A stretch of 64,000 nucleotides of DNA from Candidatus Babelota bacterium (lineage in GTDB: Bacteria > Babelota > Babeliae > Babelales > Vermiphilaceae), in the NCBI GenBank assembly GCA_040878395.1, contig JBBDMI010000006.1, positions 67,145-131,144 of the forward strand, given 5' to 3'. The notes under the pieces were generated by a model. It saw only the letters and a program-made list of their open reading frames with translations. It was not told the origin of the DNA and made no database searches. Position 1 is the first letter of the stretch. The number at the start of each line of letters is the position of its first letter. Made by a program: the position numbers and the translations under genes. Positions 27,627-37,139 of this stretch are shown here, in pieces.

Positions 27627-28511
27627 TTATTGCACATCAGTTGCAAAGTCTGTAATAATTTCTGCTAGTGGTTCATACGGACGCATCTTAAATATACGAT
27701 CACGAATTTTTCCCTGATCAATTCCATGTACTCGCATGTCAGAAATAGGATTAACCGCATTATAAATGTACAAAATATCATCAAGACATCTGAATCGTCC
27801 ACCACACATCTCAATCATTGGTACCATCATGACTTTATCACAGGTAACCTGTACAAAATTGCCATTATACATTAGATCTTCTTTTTTTAATTTTTTGAAT
27901 AACCACGCATAATAGGTACGCAAATGTGAAATAGGCAAACCACATTGGCGAAAGGCATTTTGTTCAATTGTTGATGCACCATAACCACGACAAAATCCAA
28001 TTTCACCACGAGGAAACTCTTTATATTGCCCATATGTTAACCAAACATTTGGATTTGCGTATACGTCATTAATATATGAAAGAACCTGCTCATGAGGCAA
28101 CCAATCATCACCATCAATGTTTATAACAATCACATGATCTTCAATCTGATAAATTGTGTTATAAAAATTAGCCATCGCTCCCACACGTTTATTATTCTTA
28201 ATAAGCGTAACTTTGTGTCGATTGGAATGATCATTAATATACTGATACAACTTATCAAATGTATCATCTGTTGAAACATCATCAATAATATACAGATGAT
28301 AATTTTCATAATCTTGCGACAAGATAGAATCTATGTTTTTAATGCAAACATTTTTCCTGCTATTGTTATATGTAGGCACCACAACGGCAATCTCTTTTTG
28401 ACCATTGACAATATGCTCTAAGACTGCTTGCTCTATTTGATCAGACATTGCAAAATTTGCTGCAACATTAAAGACTAAAATAAAAAGTAAACGCTTCACC
28501 GATACTCTCAT
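27627..28511 (-). CDS. GT2-family glycosyltransferase with signal peptide
   Basis: IAVVVPTYNNSR, YENYHLYIIDDVSTDDT, VINIDGDDWLPHE, SHLRTYYAWLFKK. Closest paralog of 26764..27615, so an apparent tandem duplicate. Confidence 0.8.
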   Translation of the reverse strand: MRVSVKRLLFILVFNVAANFAMSDQIEQAVLEHIVNGQKEIAVVVPTYNNSRKNVCIKNIDSILSQDYENYHLYIIDDVSTDDTFDKLYQYINDHSNRHKVTLIKNNKRVGAMANFYNTIYQIEDHVIVINIDGDDWLPHEQVLSYINDVYANPNVWLTYGQYKEFPRGEIGFCRGYGASTIEQNAFRQCGLPISHLRTYYAWLFKKLKKEDLMYNGNFVQVTCDKVMMVPMIEMCGGRFRCLDDILYIYNAVNPISDMRVHGIDQGKIRDRIFKMRPYEPLAEIITDFATDVQ

Positions 28512-28588
28512 GATTTAAACTGTTTAATTATTAACAAATTGACAGAGTAAACCGTACGAAATCATACAAAATCTGTCAAACAATTTTC

Positions 28589-29524
28589 TTACATCCAAGA
28601 ACAATGCCAGTGATGCACTGCAAAACTTTCAGAGCAAAACCATTTTGCAATTAATGCCCTCTCTGTTTCATTTCGTGCATAGCTCGGCCACGGATAAAAA
28701 TATATAGTTGGAAATGCAACTACTCTGCCGTTATAACCTTTTTGCAACATATCAAAAAAGCAACGTGAAAAATATTTTGGCCCTGTGCTATTAATAATAC
28801 CGACAACGCTATTACATGTTATTCTTAAATTATCGATACAACGTTTAAGTATAGGATTACCTGCAGTGGCGCCAATTAAACCGTTCAACAATGAAAAGCT
28901 TCCACTATATCCAATACCTGTATAAAAATCTAAATGATAATGCAGGGCATCAAAAGCCTTTAAACATTCAAAATCAGTATCAACATATAAACCCCCGAAC
29001 ATATATAATATCTCATAACGTAAAATATCTGATTTTTGACCTAAGTTTTTAGATAGTTGTAACATATTCTGATTATTCAAAGTCACATACTGAATATCAA
29101 AAACTATCTGCTTTTCTCCAAGCATCAAGAGCTCTTGCAACTCTTTAACACTTCTTGCTTGCACGCCATATCTATAATTTTCAGGCTTATCGGTCCATAG
29201 AATAAATTGCCAATCAGGATGCTTGTCAATCCAACTGTCACGTAACTTTATATTTTCTTTTGGCAAAGGACTTCCAAGCCAAATATGATGACAAATAAGA
29301 GGAATGCGCAAGAATTGTTCAGCTTCATTTCTATTTTGATAACGATCAAACAAATTTTTAACAAAAGTCCACTTCCAATGTTTTTTTTCTGTCAATAAAG
29401 TATCATTAAAATTCTTATTTGGAAGCATGCCGATTTCAAAAGATCTTTTATTATTAAAAGAAAACACTAAAGAATATAAAACTAAACAATAAACAGCAAA
29501 AAATAACCTTATAACCCTATCCAT
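28589..29524 (-). CDS. GT32-family glycosyltransferase with signal anchor
   Basis: IPLICHHIWLGSPLP, WQFILWTD, GQKSDILRYEILYMFGGLYVDTDFECLKAF. Confidence 0.75.
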   Translation of the reverse strand: MDRVIRLFFAVYCLVLYSLVFSFNNKRSFEIGMLPNKNFNDTLLTEKKHWKWTFVKNLFDRYQNRNEAEQFLRIPLICHHIWLGSPLPKENIKLRDSWIDKHPDWQFILWTDKPENYRYGVQARSVKELQELLMLGEKQIVFDIQYVTLNNQNMLQLSKNLGQKSDILRYEILYMFGGLYVDTDFECLKAFDALHYHLDFYTGIGYSGSFSLLNGLIGATAGNPILKRCIDNLRITCNSVVGIINSTGPKYFSRCFFDMLQKGYNGRVVAFPTIYFYPWPSYARNETERALIAKWFCSESFAVHHWHCSWM

Positions 29525-29597
29525 TTTTTTACCCCTAAAATCAATGGCTATTGTAAGGGCAATATTAGCAATTTTGGAATAATAAAGGCTATAATTT

Positions 29598-30404
29598 TCA
29601 GCAAGGAGCTTGTGTTAACTTTTGATAAGAATTCATTTTTTTGATTGCTTTAACATATTTTTTCCTTGTAGCTTGATTGATATTCACTAAATTTAAAGAA
29701 TTATCATTATTATAAATCATTAAAATATCCTCAATGTATTTGTGATGGATTCCAGCCATCTCAAACATTGGATACATAGTAGCTAAATCTACAGCCATAG
29801 GAAAAAAAGCATCTTCAAACATTAAATCTTCTTTTTTTATATGCTTAAATAGACCTGCATAAAAGGTTCTCAAATGCGAAAGACACCAAGTGTACTTCCT
29901 TATTGTATTATTTTTAACCACCTCTTCAGGTACAGCAGAACAAAAACATTTAGGATATCCAGGAATCAATCTTTCATACGATCCATAAGTTAACCAAATA
30001 TTATCATCTTGGTAAGTTTCATTTAAATAATTTAAAACTTCATCATGAGCCAACCAATCATCTCCATCAAGTATCACAATGACTTCATCATCTTCACACG
30101 TATGAATCGATTTATATTGATTTGCAAGATGCCCTTCACGCTTTTCATTACATATCAATTCAACCTTATCTTGCATATCAAATGTTTCTATGCATTTTTT
30201 CACCAAATCAACGGCTCCATCTGTTGAGCAATCATCAGTATAAATCAAACGCCAATCAGTATGTTTTTGCTTAAATATCGAAATAAGGTTTTTTTCGCAC
30301 CATTGTGCATTATTATATGATGCCGTTACAAAAACAAACTTTTTGTCTTCTGCAAGCAAAAACATCGAAGAAACTGATAAAAAAACCATTAAAAAAAATT
30401 TCAT
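29598..30404 (-). CDS. GT2-family glycosyltransferase with signal peptide
   Basis: FVFVTASYNNAQW, WRLIYTDDCSTDG, VILDGDDWLAHDE, SHLRTFYAGLFKH. ATGA overlap with the upstream paralog. Confidence 0.8.
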   Translation of the reverse strand: MKFFLMVFLSVSSMFLLAEDKKFVFVTASYNNAQWCEKNLISIFKQKHTDWRLIYTDDCSTDGAVDLVKKCIETFDMQDKVELICNEKREGHLANQYKSIHTCEDDEVIVILDGDDWLAHDEVLNYLNETYQDDNIWLTYGSYERLIPGYPKCFCSAVPEEVVKNNTIRKYTWCLSHLRTFYAGLFKHIKKEDLMFEDAFFPMAVDLATMYPMFEMAGIHHKYIEDILMIYNNDNSLNLVNINQATRKKYVKAIKKMNSYQKLTQAPC

Positions 30405-31234
30405 GCTTTTTGTTCCATAATAAAAGATTGAAAAAACTGCTTACTCAATGGAGCGTATGGCTTTGTGCCCCGTATTTTTGAAAGGCATCTTTTTCTCAGC
30501 CTATTGATACTTTTCGATTTACTAAAATTCAAATCATTTAAGTTATTATATGTCACAAGAACTTGCGAAATATATTTATATCTTCCGGCGGCCATCTCAA
30601 ACATAGGATACATAATGGCTAAATCTACAACTATAGGAAAAAAAGTACCGTCTAAACACAAATCATTTAAATCTATCTTTTTATACAACCCTGCATAAAA
30701 TGTGCGTAAATGAGAAAGCACCCACGTATGCTTGCGGATTGAATTATCCTCAATTACCTTATCAGGAATCTCTGCACAATACTGAGGATAAGGGGGGCTC
30801 GCAGCTTCATAAGAACCATAAGTCAACCAAACATCATCATCCTGATATACTTCATTTAAGTAGCTTAAAACCCCGTTATGAGCAAGCCAATCATCACCAT
30901 CAAGCACAACAACTATTTCATTATTTTGACATGAATGAACCGCTTGGTACTGATTTGCAAGATGCCCAACACGTTCAACATTACAATCAAGCATCACTTT
31001 TTTTTGCATGTTATGTTGAATAATAAAATCATTCACAAGATAGCCTGTGCCGTCAGTAGAACAATCATCAATATAGATTAAACGCCAATTGTCGTAATCT
31101 TGATTAAAAATTGAAACTAAATGTTTTTGATACCACTGCGCATTATTATATGATGCCGCAACAATAACAAATCTTTTATCCTCTGCAATTAAAATCGAAC
31201 CCATCAATACAAACAGTATAAATAATTGTCTCAT
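30401..31234 (-). CDS. GT2-family glycosyltransferase with signal peptide
   Basis: FVIVAASYNNAQW, WRLIYIDDCSTDGT, VVLDGDDWLAHNG, SHLRTFYAGLYKK. Confidence 0.8.
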   Translation of the reverse strand: MRQLFILFVLMGSILIAEDKRFVIVAASYNNAQWYQKHLVSIFNQDYDNWRLIYIDDCSTDGTGYLVNDFIIQHNMQKKVMLDCNVERVGHLANQYQAVHSCQNNEIVVVLDGDDWLAHNGVLSYLNEVYQDDDVWLTYGSYEAASPPYPQYCAEIPDKVIEDNSIRKHTWVLSHLRTFYAGLYKKIDLNDLCLDGTFFPIVVDLAIMYPMFEMAAGRYKYISQVLVTYNNLNDLNFSKSKSINRLRKRCLSKIRGTKPYAPLSKQFFQSFIMEQKA

Positions 31235-31342
31235 TTTCAGCTCCAGAATAAAAGATTAACAAAGCTAATTGCGCTTGATATCAATCTGAAGTTATCAAAA
31301 AGAGCTCACCATTTAAACCGCCTTACACATTTGCCATCTTAA

Positions 31343-31930
31343 TTAATGTGAAAATATAATTCCATATTGCTTCGTATTAACAGTATATATTTCATAAGAT
31401 CGCCCTAACATATCAACCAAATCCATCATTAATCGGTACTCTTCCGGCCTGTTAACGTCATCAATGATAATTGGAACATCTTTTCTAAACAGATCAAAAT
31501 AAACATAAAATCCATAACGCCCAATATTCCCCACCGGACCATCAACTAAAATAAGATCATAATCCTTTGGAAGATCTTCAGCTAAAATATTCGGATCATA
31601 CCAACTATCTTTTATAGGCGCATAAATATAATTGGTATTATATTGATTTAAAAAAAATGGATCATGCTCGACCGAATACACGGTATAATGTTTTGAGAAC
31701 TCCCCACTTGCCCAACCACTGCCAAATTCAAGAAGAGTGCTTCCTTTGGGCAACAACTCTTTTATATGATCAAACAACTCTTTTGCAATCGACCAACCAC
31801 CAAAGTCGCGCGTTTTTGCCAATCGCTCATAATAATCATAAAATTTTGCATGATAAGTTTTATTGGAATGATAAGAGGCCCCTAAAGGAATCACAAACAA
31901 AGACAAGATAAGAATTTTTTTTATTTTCAC
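31343..31930 (-). CDS. DUF579/Polysacc_synt_4-like putative polysaccharide O-methyltransferase with signal peptide
   Basis: TLLEFGSGWASG, YSVEHD, YDLILVDGPVGNIGRYG, IIIDDVNRPEE. Paralog of 25204..25788. Confidence 0.4.
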   Translation of the reverse strand: MKIKKILILSLFVIPLGASYHSNKTYHAKFYDYYERLAKTRDFGGWSIAKELFDHIKELLPKGSTLLEFGSGWASGEFSKHYTVYSVEHDPFFLNQYNTNYIYAPIKDSWYDPNILAEDLPKDYDLILVDGPVGNIGRYGFYVYFDLFRKDVPIIIDDVNRPEEYRLMMDLVDMLGRSYEIYTVNTKQYGIIFSH

Positions 31931-31967
31931 AAAAACCCCCTTTTACACTCAAACAGTATTATTTTTT

Positions 31968-32795
31968 TTAATGAAACAACTTTTGTAATGGCTCATACTT
32001 TGCATATCCTCGAATCGTATTTAAAATAATCCGCTGCTGCTCGCGCCGATCATGAAAAAAACTTAAGCTATTGATATCATTATACATATATAAAATATCC
32101 GGGATAAACTTTGAGTGCCATCCTGCCATCTCAATCATGGGAATCATAGTTGCAGCATCAACACTCATAGACAAATAATTCCCATTCAACATAAGATGCT
32201 CATGCTTAATTTTTTTATACAAGCCTGCATAAAATGTCCGTAAATGCGATGTCACCCATGGCCCATAGTCACGAATACCATTTTGCTCAATGACATAATT
32301 CGGAATTTGACGACTACACCCACGAGCACCACGTTTATAATATTGAAATTGCCCATAGGTTATCCAAACATCATCTTGATACACTTTATTCAGATACGAA
32401 AACACGCCATCATGCGCCAACCAATCATCACCATCAACTATAACAATAATTGCATCGTCCGGGCATTGTTGAATTGCGTGATACTGATTATAACAATGCC
32501 CCATACGCTTCATATTATGTATAATGTTAACTTTATGATACATGTTATTCTGGCTCACAAACTGCTCAACAAACTCGCCTGTTCCATCAACAGAACAATC
32601 ATCAATATAGATCAAAGACCAATTGTCATATTCTTGATTGAATATAGATAACAGATTTTTTTTATACCAATCAACATTGTTATATGAAGCAGTTACCACA
32701 ATAAAATGTTTGTCGATAGACGCGCACATAAAAGTGGACACAAAAAATAAAAAAAAGGTAAAAAAAAACCTTTCCATGAAATTTAGTATAACCAT
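31968..32795 (-). CDS. GT2-family glycosyltransferase with signal anchor
   Basis: FIVVTASYNNVDW, WSLIYIDDCSVDGT, VIVDGDDWLAHDG, SHLRTFYAGLYKK. Met7 (32777) is an alternative start. Confidence 0.8.
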   Translation of the reverse strand: MVILNFMERFFFTFFLFFVSTFMCASIDKHFIVVTASYNNVDWYKKNLLSIFNQEYDNWSLIYIDDCSVDGTGEFVEQFVSQNNMYHKVNIIHNMKRMGHCYNQYHAIQQCPDDAIIVIVDGDDWLAHDGVFSYLNKVYQDDVWITYGQFQYYKRGARGCSRQIPNYVIEQNGIRDYGPWVTSHLRTFYAGLYKKIKHEHLMLNGNYLSMSVDAATMIPMIEMAGWHSKFIPDILYMYNDINSLSFFHDRREQQRIILNTIRGYAKYEPLQKLFH

Positions 32796-32896
32796 TGCAT
32801 CTTCCCACTCTCATAATTTATTATTACAGTTAGTATTGTACTTTACTTATAAAGTATATTACAAGATTTTTAAAGAATACTTTTTGAGGAAAAAAA

Positions 32897-33787
32897 GTGA
32901 AATTATATAATCAAAAAAGATTAATTTACAGTTTTTTGTGTATCTTTTCTTTATCCGGAGCAGCTCAGAGCTCATCGTCCGATTTAATTATATTCTCTTA
33001 CAACAGACCGTTACAACTGGAAAGTTTATTACGATCAATAGACCAACATATACAACATCTAGAAAACTTATTTATTCTTTACCGCAGTGAAGGCGACGCA
33101 TTTGAATCTGCATATGAAGAACTAAAAGAAATGTACCCTAAAGCAAATTTTTACCAACAAAGTAACCGACCAAGAAATGACTTTAAACCTATACTGCTTG
33201 ATATGTTAAATTATGCCCAAGCCGATTACATAATGTTTGCGGTCGATGATATCATCATCACAGAAAATATCGATGTAAACAAATGCGTAAACGCTTTGGA
33301 ACAAACAAATGCGTACGGATTTTATTTACGATTAGGCAAAAATATCACCTATTCTTATACATATAATATGCCATTAAAATTACCTCACTTAACACCAATA
33401 GCTGAAGATATATACGCATTTACCTTTGCCGGCAATAAAAGTTATTGGGCCTATCCCAACACTGTGGATATGACCATTTATAAAAAATCAGATATTTTGC
33501 CATTTTTGACACATGCAAATTACAGCTCACCCAATAAACTAGAATCAGTTTGGCATCAAAAAGCAAATCTACATCAACAAGGTTTATGCTTCAGTCATTC
33601 AAAAATGATCAATACACCATTGAATATTGTTCAAGAAGACTGGAATAATAAACATGATGATCTGTATACACCGGAAGAACTTTTAAGCTTTTGGCAACAA
33701 GGACTTAGGATTGATATTAACGATGTGTACAACATTGATAACAATACGGCCCACATATCATATCATCCGATATTCATAAAAAAATAA
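32897..33787 (+). CDS. unclassified GT-A-like protein with signal peptide (paralog of 25861..26739)
   Basis: GTG start with GAGGA 6 nt upstream. DLIIFSYNRPLQLESLLRS, FILYRSEG, DYIMFAVDDIIITE, YPNTVDMTIYKK. Confidence 0.4.
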   Translation: MKLYNQKRLIYSFLCIFSLSGAAQSSSSDLIIFSYNRPLQLESLLRSIDQHIQHLENLFILYRSEGDAFESAYEELKEMYPKANFYQQSNRPRNDFKPILLDMLNYAQADYIMFAVDDIIITENIDVNKCVNALEQTNAYGFYLRLGKNITYSYTYNMPLKLPHLTPIAEDIYAFTFAGNKSYWAYPNTVDMTIYKKSDILPFLTHANYSSPNKLESVWHQKANLHQQGLCFSHSKMINTPLNIVQEDWNNKHDDLYTPEELLSFWQQGLRIDINDVYNIDNNTAHISYHPIFIKK

Positions 33788-33798
33788 AGGTGTAAAAA

Positions 33799-35220
33799 AT
33801 GAAAAACTATATAACAATTGTCACACTGTTTTTTTGCAGTGCCTTATATACACAAGCAGAAAAGCATATCACTGTTATTATTCCATCGTATAATAACGCC
33901 AGCTGCTATAATAAAAATTTAGATTCTGTCTTTTCACAAAATTATCATAACTACAATATAATCTACATTGATGATGCTTCGCCTGACGGGACAGGCAATC
34001 TGGTTACATCATATATACAACATCATCCCTTGCGTAAAAAAATAAAACTGATTAAAAACCAATATAACCGCAAAGCATTAGCAAATATATATAAGACGGT
34101 CCACATGTGCAATGACAATGACCTAATAGTAATTCTTGATGGAGATGATTGGTTTGCACATAATAATGCATTAACCTTCATTAATAATCTTTTTTTTAAT
34201 AATGACATTTGGCTTGCTTATGGACAATATATCAATGTTCCTGAACAACTAGCTAAACAACAAAATATCCCGGTATTCGGCTATGCAAAGCCTACACCCG
34301 AACACCTGATAGAATCTGGAGACTATAGAAATCATCCAGGTTGGTATTGGTCAGGTCTGCGCATGTTTTACGCCGGACTATTCAAGCAAATTCAATTCAA
34401 AGATTTTATTTTGCCATACAATCCATTTAAAGGGAAGTTCTTTCCTACAAGCTATGATGGCGCAATTATGTATCCAATGCTTGAAATGTGTAGCACCCAC
34501 TTTGCACATATTCCTGAAATACTATTGCATCGCAATATAGATACTCCACTCAATGATTTCAAAGTTAATCGAAACTTACAACGTTTATGTGGCAAAGCTT
34601 TGCGCACATTCAAACCATACAGTCAATTAAAAGAAATTCCACAGAAAGATAACAATGCAACTGCAGAGCTTATTATTATACCAAATGGAAATAATGACAT
34701 GCGTACTGTACTAGGAAAAATAAAATCAAATGATTTTGCACAAATGCATATTCTACATACACCAACAAGAAAAAATCTACCCGCTTATTTGGCAATGAAA
34801 CGCAGTTATCAACTGAAACCAATAACACCACAAAAAAATATCATGCAACATGTACGTGATATATGCTCAAAAAGTACATGTTCACATATTTTAATTGCAG
34901 ACAATAGTTTAACCAAGTTTTCAGTGCCAACTGCATTAAAACTACTCGAGCAACTTCCTGCTGATATGCTCTTATGTGATAATGAACATATCGACAGATC
35001 AGTACCCATTAAAAATTTGCCACTGGAACACCTGGATGACACTATCTATGGTTTTTGCACAGAATATTACCCCATAGAAGAACTGCATCACATAAGTGGT
35101 TTATACAGAAAAGATTTCTTGCAAACCTGCTTGGATAAAGCACAGAACATTCATGAACTAAAAACATTAATAAACGATTATCTTAATGCACAAAACAATG
35201 TAGTCCTGTGTACATTATAG
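33799..35220 (+). CDS. two-domain glycosyltransferase: N-terminal GT2 plus C-terminal divergent GT-A-like domain; signal peptide
   Basis: ITVIIPSYNNAS, YNIIYIDDASPDGT, VILDGDDWFAHNN, SGLRMFYAGLFKQ. The C-terminal ~190 aa (ELIIIPNGNNDM.., SHILIADNSLTKF) is collinear with the stand-alone 292/296-aa proteins but lacks their VDD motif. Confidence 0.7.
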   Translation: MKNYITIVTLFFCSALYTQAEKHITVIIPSYNNASCYNKNLDSVFSQNYHNYNIIYIDDASPDGTGNLVTSYIQHHPLRKKIKLIKNQYNRKALANIYKTVHMCNDNDLIVILDGDDWFAHNNALTFINNLFFNNDIWLAYGQYINVPEQLAKQQNIPVFGYAKPTPEHLIESGDYRNHPGWYWSGLRMFYAGLFKQIQFKDFILPYNPFKGKFFPTSYDGAIMYPMLEMCSTHFAHIPEILLHRNIDTPLNDFKVNRNLQRLCGKALRTFKPYSQLKEIPQKDNNATAELIIIPNGNNDMRTVLGKIKSNDFAQMHILHTPTRKNLPAYLAMKRSYQLKPITPQKNIMQHVRDICSKSTCSHILIADNSLTKFSVPTALKLLEQLPADMLLCDNEHIDRSVPIKNLPLEHLDDTIYGFCTEYYPIEELHHISGLYRKDFLQTCLDKAQNIHELKTLINDYLNAQNNVVLCTL

Positions 35221-36144
35221 TTATTGCTCAAATGCTTCAGGAATCAACCAACTGCCGGCCCAATGATGGACGGCAAATGATTCCGGTTGTATCCAACTTG
35301 AACGTGTAGTGTTTTTTTGGTGATAGCCACATGGATAAAAAAAGCTTGTAGGAAATGCAATATCAACACTATCATCTATTCCTGCTCGTGCAATAAATGC
35401 ACGACTAAAATGAATAGGGCCGCTACGAATAACGATTGGACCAAATCCACGATCTCGTTCAATAGTTTGCACTGCATATTTTAAAATTTCATGCCCAGGA
35501 TGTGCAGCAAACAATGCAGCGCCCAATTGAGCATAATTGGTGTCTAATGGTTGAATGCCAGTATAAAAATCGTATGCATGATGCAATGGATCAAGCGGTT
35601 TTAAACATTCAAAATCACAATCGATATACACGCCACCAATGCGATACACAATCTCATACTTTATAATATCCGATTTTTCGCCATAATTACGTGATGCGTC
35701 GAAAAACTTACGATTATCAAATTGCAATGGTGCAACATCAACAACAATATAACGCTCATCGGTCAAAAGAAGCAGATTTTGTAACTCTTGCCATGAATGC
35801 ACAACAATGCCACGTGGATCATTATCTATGCGGTCGGTCCACAGTACAAATCTCCAATCGGGATGCATATCTTCCCATGTTTTACGCAATGCTTTATCTT
35901 CTTGAGACAATGGACGCCCGAACCATACATGATGCATAATTTTGGGTATTTTTTCATATTCTTGAAACGTAACTTGATCAAGATTATATGTTGCATATAA
36001 TCTTCGTGACAGAGGCAACAGTTCTTGTATTATTGGCAGCTCTTGAAATTGATAACTATCAATTTGCATTGAAGCATCAAAATCAATTGCTGCATACGCT
36101 TGAATAAAAACAAAAATTGTTATAAAAAATATATTTTTTTTCAT
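35221..36144 (-). CDS. GT32-family glycosyltransferase with signal peptide
   Basis: IPKIMHHVWFGRPLS, WRFVLWTD, GEKSDIIKYEIVYRIGGVYIDCDFECLKPL. Its stop codon abuts the stop of the convergent 33799..35220. Confidence 0.75.
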   Translation of the reverse strand: MKKNIFFITIFVFIQAYAAIDFDASMQIDSYQFQELPIIQELLPLSRRLYATYNLDQVTFQEYEKIPKIMHHVWFGRPLSQEDKALRKTWEDMHPDWRFVLWTDRIDNDPRGIVVHSWQELQNLLLLTDERYIVVDVAPLQFDNRKFFDASRNYGEKSDIIKYEIVYRIGGVYIDCDFECLKPLDPLHHAYDFYTGIQPLDTNYAQLGAALFAAHPGHEILKYAVQTIERDRGFGPIVIRSGPIHFSRAFIARAGIDDSVDIAFPTSFFYPCGYHQKNTTRSSWIQPESFAVHHWAGSWLIPEAFEQ

Positions 36145-36160
36145 GATTCACTCAAAAAAT

Positions 36161-36184
36161 AAAAGCCTCGTTACAGAGGCTTTT
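36161..36184 (-). terminator. intrinsic terminator downstream of 36189..37130
   Basis: aaaagcctc-gttaca-gaggctttt. On the minus strand the hairpin is followed by attttttg. Confidence 0.6.
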
Positions 36185-36188
36185 AAAA

Positions 36189-37130
36189 TTAATCATTCCA
36201 ACATTCAGTCTCTTGATCATTATTTAATTTTTTAAATTGATCCAACCTATAGCGTGATGGCATCCAGCTTTTTGCCCAATGATGAATTGCATAAGCACCT
36301 TCTTTTATCCATTTTTCATAAGCCATTCCTTTTTCTTGGCATCCTAATGGATAAGCATAACTTGCGGGAAGCGCTATATCAATCCGCCCATCTTTACCGG
36401 CCATCTTAAAGAATGATTTGGTAAAATGTACAGGGCCACTTTTTTTTGGTGCTCCTTTATGATGCCAATCATCTTTGATTGTTTCAATACAATGGGCCAA
36501 AATAGGATGTTTTGGCGGTGCGCCGTAAAGTGCTGCACCCAACTGTACAAACTGTGAATCCAGTGGTTGAATTGCAGTAACAAAATCATAGCCAAGTAAT
36601 GAATCCAATGGTTTAAGACATTCAAAATCAACATCTAAATAAAAACCACCGAAATTATAAATTATTTCCCATTTCATTAAATCAGAACGAACTCCCGGAC
36701 TTTCAGTTGAATCGAAATATGCACGGTTATGCATATGCATATTTTTTACATCTTCATCTGTCCATAGTTTATAAAACCATCCACGACCCATATGATAATG
36801 TTTCCATGATTCACACAGTTGCACAAAAGATTCAGGCAACGGACCACCAATCCAAATTTGATGAATAATACGTGGGATTTTTTCCTCTAATGTAATCCCT
36901 TTTGCCTGCAAGGCAGAAAGATTATTTTTTTGATACAGATCTTTGAAAAAATCATATAGTTCTTGACCATCAATTTCTTCAATGATTAATCGAGTTGTTG
37001 GTATTGCGCGTGGATATTTTTCTTTACGCATTGAAACATCAAAGTCTGCATAAACCCACGGTTCAACTTCATCTGCACCCATCGCCACACATTGCAATAA
37101 AACCAACGAACATATAATTATCTTTTTCAT
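36189..37130 (-). CDS. GT32-family glycosyltransferase with signal peptide
   Basis: IPRIIHQIWIGGPLP, YKLWTD, GVRSDLMKWEIIYNFGGFYLDVDFECLKPL. Confidence 0.75.
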   Translation of the reverse strand: MKKIIICSLVLLQCVAMGADEVEPWVYADFDVSMRKEKYPRAIPTTRLIIEEIDGQELYDFFKDLYQKNNLSALQAKGITLEEKIPRIIHQIWIGGPLPESFVQLCESWKHYHMGRGWFYKLWTDEDVKNMHMHNRAYFDSTESPGVRSDLMKWEIIYNFGGFYLDVDFECLKPLDSLLGYDFVTAIQPLDSQFVQLGAALYGAPPKHPILAHCIETIKDDWHHKGAPKKSGPVHFTKSFFKMAGKDGRIDIALPASYAYPLGCQEKGMAYEKWIKEGAYAIHHWAKSWMPSRYRLDQFKKLNNDQETECWND

Positions 37131-37139
37131 CTAGTCTCC

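Noticed and set aside
35218-35223. Convergent genes 33799..35220 and 35221..36144 abutting stop-to-stop with no spacer, considered as a possible assembly joint or antisense-regulation site.
   Set aside because: Both ORFs are complete with normal C-termini, and nothing in the sequence suggests a chimeric junction. Without transcript data it is just compact gene packing.
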